DNA of 64,000 nt from assembly GCA_964430225.1 (NCBI GenBank), contig CAYSFE010000001.1, positions 95,668-159,667 on the forward strand. The letters run 5' to 3'. Position numbers and translations under genes: made by a program. How positions within the stretch are numbered: the first letter of the stretch is position 1; every line of letters starts with the position of its first letter. The notes beneath the pieces are model-generated. The model saw only the letters and a list, made by a program, of their open reading frames with translations, made no database searches and had not been told where the DNA came from. Positions 11,742 to 21,504 of the stretch are shown here, in pieces. The DNA is from an uncultured Candidatus Saccharibacteria bacterium. Its GTDB lineage: Bacteria; Patescibacteriota; Dojkabacteria; GCA-016699595; JBAXKR01.

Positions 11742-14366
11742 ATGGATAATATAGAAGAAAAAAAAGAAGTTAAATTAGTACCTGGAATTAGACCTACTGA
11801 TGTAGTAGGGGAGATGAAGTCTAGCTATATCAACTATGCCATGAGTGTTATCGTAGCTCGTGCATTACCAGATATTAGAGATGGATTAAAACCAGTTCAG
11901 AGAAGAATTCTTTACTCTATGTATAAACAGGGGATCATTCCTGGTAAAGGATACAAGAAGAGTGCTCGTATTGTTGGAGACGTCATAGGTAAATATCATC
12001 CACATGGAGATGTAGCTGTATATGACACTATGGTTAGAATGGTTCAAGAGTTTTCTTTAAGATACCCACTTGTAGATGGACAAGGAAACTTTGGATCTAT
12101 TGATGGAGATGGTGCAGCAGCTATGAGATACACAGAAGCAAAGCTATCTCACTTTGCTATGACAATGATAGATGAACTAGATTCATATACCGTAGACTTT
12201 AGACCAAACTATGATGGTAACTACATGGAGCCTATTGTTCTTCCAGCACTTTTACCTCAACTTCTTTTAAATGGAGGAGAAGGTATTGCAGTTGGTATGG
12301 CTACAAAGATACCACCACATAACGTGAGTGAGTTAATTGCTGCACTACTTGAAATACTAGGAAGAGGAAATGTTTGGGAAGCAGAAGCAGAATGGATAAA
12401 GAATATTAAGAACTATGCAAAAGGTATTAAAACAACTGCTGATTTAGAAAAACTAGATAAATCTAGATTCCCACAATTTGAAACCGATGTAACATTAGAT
12501 GAACTTTTTAAAATAATCCCTGGACCTGATTTTCCTACAAAAGGAGTCATATATGATCAAAAAGAAATTAAGAATATGTATGCTACTGGTAAAGGTAGAG
12601 TACTAATGAGAGGAGTAGCTAAGATTGAGGAAAGTAAAGGAGGAAAGTTTGAAATAATCATTTCAGAACTTCCTTACCAAGTAAACAAAGCAAGACTTGT
12701 AGCTAAGATTGCAGAACTTGTAAAAGATAAAAAGATAGAAGGTGTTTCAGATATACGTGATGAATCTGATCGAGATATTCGAGTAATCATTGAAATTAAA
12801 AGAGATGGTAAACCAAATGTCATACTAAATAATCTATTTAAGTACACAGAGTTACAAAAAGCATTTAACGCAAACATGCTTTGTCTTGTAAACAATGAAC
12901 CTAAAGTTCTTTCTCTTAAGAGAATACTTGAACTTTTCATTACACATAGACAAGAGATCAGTATACGTAAGTCTGAGTATGAACTAGCTAAAGCACAAGA
13001 AAGAATACATATATTAGAAGGTCTAAAGATAGCTCTAGATAACCTTGATGCTGTAATTAAACTCATACGTGAATCTAAAGATAGTGATACTGCAAAAGAA
13101 GGATTAATGAAGAAATTTAAACTAACTGAAATACAAGCAACTGCAATTCTAGATATGCAATTAAGAAGACTTGCAGCACTAGAAAGAAAGAAGATTGAAG
13201 AAGAATACAAGGCACTAAAAGCTACGGTAGATACTTTAATAGCTCTACTATCTGATCCATCTAAGATTGTGTCATTCATAAAAGATGAGATACTAGCTAT
13301 TAAGGATAAAGTGTCTGATGAAAGAAGAACAAAGATACATAAAGGAGCATTGGGAGAAGTATCTGATGATGATCTTGTAGCTAAAGAGAATGTAATCGTA
13401 TCTGTAAGTGAACAAGGATATATTAAACGTATTAAAGAGAATGTATATTCTGTACAAAACAGAGGTGGAAAAGGAAAGATAGGAATGACAACAAAAGAAG
13501 ATGATGCTGTAGCACATGTATTCTCTTGTTCCACTCACGATAATATTATGTTCTTTACAAACAAAGGAAGGGTATTTGAATCAAAGGTATATGATATTCC
13601 TGAATTTGGAAGATCAGCTAAAGGACAAGCAATAGTAAATATCATAAACATAGAGCCAAGTGAAAAGATAACAAGTATCTTAACTCACTCTAATGGTAAA
13701 TTCCTTGATGAAGAGGTTATCCAAGAAGGAGAAGAACAAAAGGAAAGAGAAGGCAAAGATTACAAGTTCCTATTCATGGCAACAAAGAAAGGTACTGTAA
13801 AGAAGACCCTAATATCAGAATATGAGAATATCCGTAACAATGGTTTAATAGCAATTAAACTAGAAAAGGATGATGAACTCATTTGGGTAAAACCAACAAC
13901 TGGTAAAGATGAAATTCTCATTGTTACTAGAATGGCTAAATCTATCCATTTCAAAGAAAGTGATGTAAATGAAACTGGTAGAAGTACAATGGGAGTTAGA
14001 GGTATTAAGTTTGCAATAGATAGTGATGAAGTAATCTCAATGGATGTAATACGAGAAGGAGAAAATATGTTACTCACAGTTACAGAACATGGATTTGGAA
14101 AGATCACAAAGATAAAGCAATTTGGAATACAAAATAGAGGTGGATCAGGAATATTTGCTCATGATGTAAGTAAGAAAACAGGTAATCTTGTAGCTGCAAG
14201 AGTAATGGATCATCCAGAAAAAGAGTTACTCATGATGTCAGAGAAAGGACAATCTATACGTATAAGTGCAAAAGACTTACCAGAAAGAAATAGACAAACA
14301 TCAGGAGTACATCTAATTAGATTTAATGATAGTAGTGATAAGGTAGCAGCAATAGCTATTATTTAA
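11742..14366 (+). CDS. gyrA: DNA gyrase subunit A
   Basis: [26 protein letters not shown] catalytic Tyr, GyrA box QNRGGKG, beta-pinwheel C-terminal repeats. Confidence 0.97.
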   Translation: MDNIEEKKEVKLVPGIRPTDVVGEMKSSYINYAMSVIVARALPDIRDGLKPVQRRILYSMYKQGIIPGKGYKKSARIVGDVIGKYHPHGDVAVYDTMVRMVQEFSLRYPLVDGQGNFGSIDGDGAAAMRYTEAKLSHFAMTMIDELDSYTVDFRPNYDGNYMEPIVLPALLPQLLLNGGEGIAVGMATKIPPHNVSELIAALLEILGRGNVWEAEAEWIKNIKNYAKGIKTTADLEKLDKSRFPQFETDVTLDELFKIIPGPDFPTKGVIYDQKEIKNMYATGKGRVLMRGVAKIEESKGGKFEIIISELPYQVNKARLVAKIAELVKDKKIEGVSDIRDESDRDIRVIIEIKRDGKPNVILNNLFKYTELQKAFNANMLCLVNNEPKVLSLKRILELFITHRQEISIRKSEYELAKAQERIHILEGLKIALDNLDAVIKLIRESKDSDTAKEGLMKKFKLTEIQATAILDMQLRRLAALERKKIEEEYKALKATVDTLIALLSDPSKIVSFIKDEILAIKDKVSDERRTKIHKGALGEVSDDDLVAKENVIVSVSEQGYIKRIKENVYSVQNRGGKGKIGMTTKEDDAVAHVFSCSTHDNIMFFTNKGRVFESKVYDIPEFGRSAKGQAIVNIINIEPSEKITSILTHSNGKFLDEEVIQEGEEQKEREGKDYKFLFMATKKGTVKKTLISEYENIRNNGLIAIKLEKDDELIWVKPTTGKDEILIVTRMAKSIHFKESDVNETGRSTMGVRGIKFAIDSDEVISMDVIREGENMLLTVTEHGFGKITKIKQFGIQNRGGSGIFAHDVSKKTGNLVAARVMDHPEKELLMMSEKGQSIRISAKDLPERNRQTSGVHLIRFNDSSDKVAAIAII

Positions 14367-14902
14367 TTAGTGGAAGTTAAACTACCGTAATTAATTGTCT
14401 TCCCACTTTCTAAACATCCGAACAAAACATATTGTTGAGGGCTGCTTACAGTATTATGACCATAGAAAATACTAAATTTTTCAGAAGTTCCATATATACC
14501 ATCTCCACAAGTATAAGTGTCATATGAACTCAAGCTTTCGTATAGAATTTCAAGCGCAGGTGATGTCACAAGTGTAGAATATATGGCTGTGCTAGAAGCT
14601 GAAACATCACAGTCATTTCCATCTCCATATCCTGGTACAAATAGACAGACACCAAAGTCTGGTCCGGTAGTATCATGTTTAATATCTGAAAATGATGGAT
14701 CCCCTAAGTCTATATGAGGATAAACCCTATACTTAGTATAATATTCTGTAAGCTTTCCATTAAGATTTGAAACATCATTAAGTCTTGTGGTTTCTCTTTG
14801 AGATCTTTGAAGTGCTTGTATACCAACAACGGCAAGAGAAATTAATATACCAATTACAGCCATAACTACTAGAAGTTCAACAATTGTAAAAGCTTTTTTC
14901 AT
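14363..14902 (-). CDS. Type IV pilin paralogue (second cluster)
   Basis: MKKA|[19 protein letters not shown]; QRETTRLND; C-terminal [12 protein letters not shown]...NYG; start placed at the second Met. Confidence 0.9.
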   Translation of the reverse strand: MKKAFTIVELLVVMAVIGILISLAVVGIQALQRSQRETTRLNDVSNLNGKLTEYYTKYRVYPHIDLGDPSFSDIKHDTTGPDFGVCLFVPGYGDGNDCDVSASSTAIYSTLVTSPALEILYESLSSYDTYTCGDGIYGTSEKFSIFYGHNTVSSPQQYVLFGCLESGKTINYGSLTSTN

Positions 14903-14903
14903 T

Positions 14904-15455
14904 TTAATCATTTAGTTCACCATAGTTAACTGAAAGACCATTTTCTGTACATGCATAAAGTCCAAATACTTGAGCACCATATCCTGCTAGATTTGTTTTA
15001 TAGTAAATTGTCCAGGTATCTGCAGTAGTTGGATTTTCACAATTTCCACCAACAGCAGTAACTGTTGCTGCAATTGGGACATTGTTAAAGTAGTTAGTAT
15101 TAACAACTCCACCTTGTTGATTGAACTTTATCTTTGTAAAGTATGCATTTCCAGTTGTTGCTATATCACAAGTGGTATCAGATGCTCCAGTTCTAGGACC
15201 ATATGGTGCATACCAATCATATATACACACTGAGCCATCTGGTACTAATCGGATCCATGTATTATCAGGAGGGTAGTTTCTATATTTAGTATAGAAATCT
15301 TGTAATGCAATCTTAAGATTTCTTAAATCGTTTAGTCTTAGAGTTTCTCTTTGAGATCTTTGCACAGCTGATATTCCAACGACCGCTAAGGTTATTAGGA
15401 TTCCTATAACTGCCATAACTACAAGAATCTCAACAATTGTGAAAGCTTTTTTCAT
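14904..15455 (-). CDS. Type IV pilin paralogue (second cluster)
   Basis: MKKA|[16 protein letters not shown]; QRETLRLND; C-terminal LYACTENGLSVNYG. Confidence 0.9.
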   Translation of the reverse strand: MKKAFTIVEILVVMAVIGILITLAVVGISAVQRSQRETLRLNDLRNLKIALQDFYTKYRNYPPDNTWIRLVPDGSVCIYDWYAPYGPRTGASDTTCDIATTGNAYFTKIKFNQQGGVVNTNYFNNVPIAATVTAVGGNCENPTTADTWTIYYKTNLAGYGAQVFGLYACTENGLSVNYGELND

Positions 15456-16096
15456 CTTTTAATATTCCCTAAATTATTATATAAACCGTATGTATTTCTA
15501 CATGATGCTAAATAATACTCTGTATTTTCTTTATTAGTAAAATATATCACAGTTAGATCCTCATTGAAAATATGTCTTACCGAGTTTTTCATAAATGATT
15601 TACAAATATCTCCTGCCTCATCTAAATTAGTTACTTTTAATAGCTGTTGTAGCTTTTGTCCGTCTGCATTAAGTTTAAGTTTATTATAGTGTATCAATTT
15701 GTCTGGTGGTGTTGATACATCACATATCGCATCAGCTGAATTCATATCAATACTATCTAGGTAAAAACATATTCCATTATTTTTTGTATCAATATTTATT
15801 TTAGTTGGATAGTGATCAAACTTGGCTTCAAATCCCTCTATTTCAGCTCGTATGTTATTGAAATCACTTTCTACTATTCTATCTCTTAACCTAGGATAGA
15901 CATATAAATAGACAAAAAGAAATAAAATAACTGAAATAGTTGTAAATATTATAAGGGCTACTTTCTGATTTTTATTTGTTTTAGTAGGGGAGAGGGGAGT
16001 ATTTTCAATTTTATCTTCATCTTTTTTTATTTCAAATCCCTCTATTTTTATTTCTGGAATTACTTTATTTATCTTTTTATTTCTTTTTTTAGACAT
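15452..16096 (-). CDS. Membrane-anchored pilin-like protein without prepilin cleavage motif
   Basis: Basic ~45-aa N-terminus, one TM, then a pilin-like helix (D...IR..IE.F..KF.HYP), a Cys pair and C-terminal YYLASC...G...NLG matching the neighbouring pilins. Confidence 0.65.
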   Translation of the reverse strand: MSKKRNKKINKVIPEIKIEGFEIKKDEDKIENTPLSPTKTNKNQKVALIIFTTISVILFLFVYLYVYPRLRDRIVESDFNNIRAEIEGFEAKFDHYPTKINIDTKNNGICFYLDSIDMNSADAICDVSTPPDKLIHYNKLKLNADGQKLQQLLKVTNLDEAGDICKSFMKNSVRHIFNEDLTVIYFTNKENTEYYLASCRNTYGLYNNLGNIKR

Positions 16097-16162
16097 GTTT
16101 GATTTTAGTTTTTTTTAGTAAAAATTACAAAGAGAGAGGTATATATTATACTCAGTAACAAG

Positions 16163-17230
16163 TTATACATCTTCCTTAAGAGGATGAAACTGAGTATGTG
16201 TAGATTCAGCAAATTTATCAGATGCATGCACGTATCTTGTTGTTGTAGCAAGAGATTCATGACCTAGTAAAACCTGAATAGCAGCGGAATTAGCACCAGA
16301 TTCAGCTAAGTAAGTTGCAAAGCCATGTCTAAGTGAATGAGCTGAAGTTGGAACAATTATCCCAAGTCTACGTCTATATTCAACTATCTTCATTTGTAAA
16401 TAGTTAGTAGACACTCTAACTATCTTACCAGTCATTCTTATAGCTCTTGTACCACGCGTAGGTACAAACAATGCTGGTAAGTCATCTTTCCTTGCTTCTA
16501 AATACTCTTGTAGATGGGTTTTTGCCCTATGTGTGAGATATACAAACCTTTGTTTCTTACCTTTACCAAGTATATAAATCTTTCCTGATTCAATATGTTT
16601 TCCATCATTATTAGTAAACATCAATTGTTCTTTATTGAGATTACAAAGTTCAGATATTCTCATACCTGTTGAAAAAAGAAGTTCTAACATAGCCCTGTTT
16701 CTGAGAGCAACAATTGGAAGTTTTTCTAATGTTGTTGGAGCTTCAATAAGTTTAATAAGTTCAGAAAGTTCTGCAACCTGAGATTCTTTTTTTTCAGCTT
16801 TAATTAATTTTATAGAATCTGGAGCAATAGGAATTTTATAATCATATTCAATTAAAAATCTGAGGTAAGTTCTTAAAGAACTCAACATTCTATTGATTGA
16901 GCTACTTGATAATACCTCTACGGTTGTTTCATCACTTTTAAACGCATTTAAACTCGATTTCTCCGTAAGTCCCGTCCCATCTATGTTTCCAGCCTCTTTT
17001 TTATTATTATACTTCTCAAACAGCTCTAAATGTTTTCCCGATCTTAAAAACCCTTTATATTCTGCAATATTGATTTTAGAAATCTTTTCAAACTCAAGTG
17101 AGTTATTTATTATGAATCTTTCAAAGGCTCTCAAATCTCTTTCATATGATTCAAGAGTTTCATTTGAATAGTTATTATTCCTTAGGTTTAAAAGAAACTC
17201 GTCTTTATGTGGTAATACCTTATTGTCCAT
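16163..17230 (-). CDS. Tyrosine recombinase, XerC/XerD-like
   Basis: RNRAMLELLFSTGMRISEL, GKGKKQR, SAHSLRHGFAT, LLGHESLATTTRY (R-K-H-R-H-Y catalytic set); N-terminal SAM-like domain. Confidence 0.93.
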   Translation of the reverse strand: MDNKVLPHKDEFLLNLRNNNYSNETLESYERDLRAFERFIINNSLEFEKISKINIAEYKGFLRSGKHLELFEKYNNKKEAGNIDGTGLTEKSSLNAFKSDETTVEVLSSSSINRMLSSLRTYLRFLIEYDYKIPIAPDSIKLIKAEKKESQVAELSELIKLIEAPTTLEKLPIVALRNRAMLELLFSTGMRISELCNLNKEQLMFTNNDGKHIESGKIYILGKGKKQRFVYLTHRAKTHLQEYLEARKDDLPALFVPTRGTRAIRMTGKIVRVSTNYLQMKIVEYRRRLGIIVPTSAHSLRHGFATYLAESGANSAAIQVLLGHESLATTTRYVHASDKFAESTHTQFHPLKEDV

Positions 17231-17236
17231 GTATTC

Positions 17237-17264
17237 ACTATACAGTGACTGAATAATATTTCAA
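17237..17264 (-). promoter_or_regulatory. Promoter for the recombinase (probably leaderless mRNA)
   Basis: TTGAAA-N16-TATAGT ending 6 nt before the ATG. Confidence 0.5.
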
Positions 17265-17678
17265 GTGATAGGGGAGTTAAACACACTAAAAAACAGCCAA
17301 TGTTATGAAAAAGGCCTTAAACAAAGGGTTTGTTAAAAATTAGTAAAATATAGAAATAATTGAAAAATATATTGTGAATAGTGAATAAAAAATAAAATCT
17401 ATTTATAGTTAAATAGGGAATATATTCATAATAATTAAGTAAGTCATATTTAGGCCTACCTCTTCTATTTCTCGCCTATTGATTAGCATAAGAGTGATTA
17501 TACTCAGTACTATATTAATTACGATACCTCTACTCTAGGGGAGGTAAATACCCTAATTTTTGAAAAAACAATAAGTCACATATTTCTCTTTTAATACATT
17601 CTATTCTTGTACAACTTTTTACTATCTTAAGTAGGGGGTGTTCTAAATAGTTGCACTACTTCCCCATCAGTTTCACAG

Positions 17679-17687
17679 TTATCCACA
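17679..17687 (+). promoter_or_regulatory. Perfect DnaA box in long non-coding gap
   Basis: TTATCCACA; one-mismatch boxes on the minus strand at 17373-17381 and 17380-17388; function unproven. Confidence 0.45.
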
Positions 17688-17867
17688 ACCGAACTTTTTC
17701 GTATCTTTTGTATACCAGTGTAATCTTATAGTATTTATACCTTATAGTATTGTCCTTCTTCTGGGTACTGGCTTTAAATTAGCACTACTCCTCTACCCTG
17801 CTAGTTAATAGTCATGCCAATATTTTTCTTAAGCCTTGATATTACTGATATAATCCAAATTAAATTT

Positions 17868-18164
17868 ATGGAAGAATCAAAGGAGGAATTAAAAGCAACA
17901 CATACTGGCATTACTAAATATATACTTCGATCTTATTTAGCTTTGATGATTGGGGTTGGTACATATGTTTCTTCTCCCTTAGTTTGTAACATCATACATA
18001 CTGAACCTACTCAACAAGCAAGCTGTAGAGAAGTTTTATCTAAGTTTGGTGCATCTGTATCTATTGGATCAGCTATATTTTCATTAATATGTTTGTCAGC
18101 TTGTGAGAAAATATCAGTGAAATATAAAAAGCTAACTGGACAAGATATTTTAGAATACAAGTAA
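17868..18164 (+). CDS. Small hypothetical membrane protein (2 TM)
   Basis: Start MEESKEEL follows a TGATATAAT box at 17846-17854; two hydrophobic segments. Confidence 0.6.
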   Translation: MEESKEELKATHTGITKYILRSYLALMIGVGTYVSSPLVCNIIHTEPTQQASCREVLSKFGASVSIGSAIFSLICLSACEKISVKYKKLTGQDILEYK

Positions 18165-18168
18165 TTGA

Positions 18169-18741
18169 TTATTTACTCTTTCTTCTTATAAGTATTAATA
18201 AGGTTACAGATAAATTTATTAGGAAGATATACATTGGAAAGGCAAGATCCATTAAAAGATAACTTCTTAGTGCTAAAAGATTAAGGAATGAGGCAATAAC
18301 ATCACACCCATAAAACAGATAACTTTCAGTATATGGTTCTTTATAAGATTTTACTAAAGTAGGAGAAAACCCAATAAAATCAGTGAGGATAGAGGCATAA
18401 AGACCTAATGTTGGGTTATCTGTAACTTTCCAAACTACTAATGAGAAAAGTGCTCCAATCAAAGTTATAATATCCATTTTACTTCTCCCCCCTACCCCAT
18501 ATTTTATAGAAAGAATAAAGATTGCAGTACTACCAATAAAAGAAGGGATTGCTAAGAATAGTCCAATTCTGTCACCTTGAGAAAATAAAGTAGCCACAAA
18601 GATTGCTGTAACAATGAATAGAAGTAGTCTTGTAATTCTTTGAGGCTTATATTCACCTTTAAGAATAGCTCTCACCCCAATTATCGGTGTAATAAATCCA
18701 AGTAATATTGATAAATATAGAAATATCTGCTTAATATCCAT
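18169..18741 (-). CDS. Hypothetical multi-pass membrane protein (PQ-loop-like repeats)
   Basis: About 7 TM; internal repeat P.I..I.KG..KP / PTLVKSYKEP..E. Confidence 0.7.
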   Translation of the reverse strand: MDIKQIFLYLSILLGFITPIIGVRAILKGEYKPQRITRLLLFIVTAIFVATLFSQGDRIGLFLAIPSFIGSTAIFILSIKYGVGGRSKMDIITLIGALFSLVVWKVTDNPTLGLYASILTDFIGFSPTLVKSYKEPYTESYLFYGCDVIASFLNLLALRSYLLMDLAFPMYIFLINLSVTLLILIRRKSK

Positions 18742-18744
18742 AAG

Positions 18745-20658
18745 TTACAGTACCTTTGATGCTATTGTTAAATATTTTAAAGTAGTATCATTGTCCCATA
18801 AGGCTACTCTTGGAATATCTTTATACCCTTCTTTTATTAAAAATCCTCTTACCATATATTTAAGCATAGATAGATGATCCATACTTAAATTATTTTTGTT
18901 TAGACCTTCATCTTCACTTGGAATGATTAAATCAGGATGTTTTTCCTGAAAACCTTGAACTAAAAACATACAGTATACATGTAATCTGTGTAGTGGTGTT
19001 ACTTCTTCCTTACTCACACCTGATACACTTGCAATTTCAACATCAGTTACTTCACCAAAGGCTTTAATGTAATCACTATCCTTATATAAACTATCTAACA
19101 ATCTATAGACATTTTCTATAGATGTATAATCAAATTTTATTCTAGATTTCTTTCCTTCTAACGCTAAATTAACTTCATTTAAAACTGACATAACACTTGC
19201 AAAGTTATGATCATCTTTCAAACCCGCAGTTTCCCCTACTCGAACACTCATCTCAATACCATCTTGATTTACAACCACAGCAAGCCTATCAGGGAAAATA
19301 AATATATTTGTAACCCCATCCGGTCGGTATATAGCAAAGTTGGATATTACAGTATTACCGGGGTTAATATAATTAATTGAATAATCAATATCACACATTA
19401 CACCCTCACCTTCATTTTGAGAGGTTTGACCCCTTATATTTCCATATATTCTCGCTGGTAAAGCTGCCCTATTAACAGGACCTGAGTATTCCAAAGCTGG
19501 AAAGAATCTTTCAACTCCAGTAAGAAATCGATTAATTTGATTTATCAAGACTGTTTCCCTTGGAGCCTCTGCGGATCTTCTAAATTCCCGCACTTCTTCT
19601 GAGACTCCAGGCCCCATCCTTCCTCTATCATATGTAGCCCAATCATTATTATAATTTTCTACAGCCTTATCCTTAAAACCTTCTGGTAACTGAAAAAAAC
19701 CCGCTAAACATTCTACATTTCGAAGAGCTAATAAGCTTGCAATTCTTTCACTTTTTGCTGTGTATTCCTCAATTTCCGCCATAAATTCAGACGGCTTTAA
19801 TTTCCCCAACCGTTGTAACTCCAATATTTCAATTGTATTTTTATCAGGATCTAACAATGATAGTTCATCTTCTATTGAATGCTGAATCTTTAGACTAACA
19901 TCGGCTTCATTATTAGTTATTCGATATTTACTGGCTGCCCTAGACATCCCGACTGCTTTTAATACTTTTGACTTTATAAAATCAGCTGGAGTTTTAATAT
20001 GAACTCTATCTAAAGAATGTCCTTTTTCATGTAAAAACTCACAAACCTTTTCTAAAGAATTAATTTCAGCTATATGAATTTCATTCGTTTCAGTATTGAT
20101 AATACTTATTGGACCAGGGTATTTATCTATTACCATGTCAACTGTTGCCCCTGAGTAATCCAAAAGATCGATAAAACCAACACCAGGTATTCCAACAACA
20201 ACTTGTTTTGAAACAATTGTAAGCCTATATATATCAAATCCAAGAGCTTTTGATTCCGCTTCTTTCTTATCAATGTTAATTCTTCCAACCATATGGATTT
20301 CCAAACCTCCTGAATTCGGAATAACTGATTTGTAATAGTATTTATTGTAACTGTCTTTAAATCTTTTAAGATTATCTGGATTTCTGGCTCTATCTTTAAG
20401 ATAAGATTCTATTTCTTCTTCAAAGGCTTCTGGAGACAGATCTACTCCTTTTATTGCATCCTCTACCTTATCGACTACCTTTAACCTCGTCATAGCTTCT
20501 AACCTGCCCCTCCATATTCCCCTTTCAACCGTTACAAACAGCCTTTCTAATTCATTTGTTTCTTTCAATTCTCTGTTTTGTAAACCAGGAAAGAATTCAT
20601 CAAAAGTAGTTCCAATCGGAGTGCTGGCTTCTATTGTTTGAGCAGTTTCGGCAGGCAT
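18745..20658 (-). CDS. Large hypothetical protein with HExxH motif
   Basis: ~637-aa ORF (start MPAET right after the upstream stop); FLHEKGHS motif at about 20017-20031. Confidence 0.7.
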   Translation of the reverse strand: MPAETAQTIEASTPIGTTFDEFFPGLQNRELKETNELERLFVTVERGIWRGRLEAMTRLKVVDKVEDAIKGVDLSPEAFEEEIESYLKDRARNPDNLKRFKDSYNKYYYKSVIPNSGGLEIHMVGRINIDKKEAESKALGFDIYRLTIVSKQVVVGIPGVGFIDLLDYSGATVDMVIDKYPGPISIINTETNEIHIAEINSLEKVCEFLHEKGHSLDRVHIKTPADFIKSKVLKAVGMSRAASKYRITNNEADVSLKIQHSIEDELSLLDPDKNTIEILELQRLGKLKPSEFMAEIEEYTAKSERIASLLALRNVECLAGFFQLPEGFKDKAVENYNNDWATYDRGRMGPGVSEEVREFRRSAEAPRETVLINQINRFLTGVERFFPALEYSGPVNRAALPARIYGNIRGQTSQNEGEGVMCDIDYSINYINPGNTVISNFAIYRPDGVTNIFIFPDRLAVVVNQDGIEMSVRVGETAGLKDDHNFASVMSVLNEVNLALEGKKSRIKFDYTSIENVYRLLDSLYKDSDYIKAFGEVTDVEIASVSGVSKEEVTPLHRLHVYCMFLVQGFQEKHPDLIIPSEDEGLNKNNLSMDHLSMLKYMVRGFLIKEGYKDIPRVALWDNDTTLKYLTIASKVL

Positions 20659-20660
20659 AT

Positions 20661-21497
20661 TTATCCTATTAATCTCCCATTTATACCCCAATCCGTAACT
20701 ATTAAAGAGAAGAATATAACTAAAATAGTGACTATAAAATATTCGAATATGACTGCTTTAGATAGCTTATCTGAGGTTTCTAGTACAATTCCAAATATTA
20801 TGTATAGAAATACTGTAATAATCAGAGCTATAAACTCAGATGGAATAGGCCACAGATTAAGTACCAAGCTCATTAAAAATAGCACCACCATTATAGGTAC
20901 AGTGAGCTTTACATTTGTCTTAGACGATAAACTCATCACCCAGTTTAATTGAAATACAATATAGAAGAAAAAAATACCTGTAAGAACAATTCTTAAGATA
21001 TTTGATATGTTTATATTATATATTATTGTTAAAAAAAGATAATTGGCCAACAGGGAAAAAATATATTGCGCAGACTTCCCTGCTCTAGCAAGCGGAATTA
21101 CGTTAATACTTGAAATGTTTAATATATTTGCATTTAATATTACAAAATATGTAATTGCAATAAATATAACAAGAGTAATTAGTGAAAAGGCAGCATATTG
21201 AAGGCCTAAGATCCCTCTATATAACGATAACTGTATAAATAAAGTAAAAAGAAAAAGAAGGAGAGATGGAAATAGTGGAACAATAGCTAATTTATACTTT
21301 GTAAGGTTCAATGATACTACCCATAACACCCCAATATATGTGATAAAACCTATTAAAAATGCACCTAAGACCTTTTTAAGAAGCTCTGAATCAACTCCCT
21401 GAAATCTTATGATACCAATTTGTAGGAATAGAAAAACTAAAGAGGTAATGGCAGTTACCATTATTACTTTAAACCTAGTTGATACTTGTATGTACAT
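20661..21497 (-). CDS. Hypothetical multi-pass membrane protein
   Basis: About 9 TM; 'NANILNIS...IPLARA' and 'LWP' motifs that I associate with a CPR membrane family; follows ruvB. Confidence 0.75.
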   Translation of the reverse strand: MYIQVSTRFKVIMVTAITSLVFLFLQIGIIRFQGVDSELLKKVLGAFLIGFITYIGVLWVVSLNLTKYKLAIVPLFPSLLLFLFTLFIQLSLYRGILGLQYAAFSLITLVIFIAITYFVILNANILNISSINVIPLARAGKSAQYIFSLLANYLFLTIIYNINISNILRIVLTGIFFFYIVFQLNWVMSLSSKTNVKLTVPIMVVLFLMSLVLNLWPIPSEFIALIITVFLYIIFGIVLETSDKLSKAVIFEYFIVTILVIFFSLIVTDWGINGRLIG

Positions 21498-21504
21498 ATT
21501 AATA

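Noticed and set aside
14363-17230. Integron or shufflon (tyrosine recombinase plus cassette array)
   Set aside because: Pilin genes abut or overlap with no attC-like or sfx-like repeats; the recombinase lacks an obvious IntI-specific insertion and looks Xer-like
16145-17509. 13-bp direct repeat ATTATACTCAGTA flanking the xer gene as att sites of a mobile element
   Set aside because: Reads TGAGTATAAT on the coding strand, similar to the -10 region at 44141-44150; the enclosed segment has no cargo
17779-17804. CIRCE-like inverted repeat TTAGCACT...TGCTAG
   Set aside because: Spacing is one base short, the right arm is degenerate and no chaperone gene is adjacent
17231-17867. oriC call
   Set aside because: Only one perfect DnaA box, no dnaA/dnaN nearby, and gene orientation does not diverge from this point
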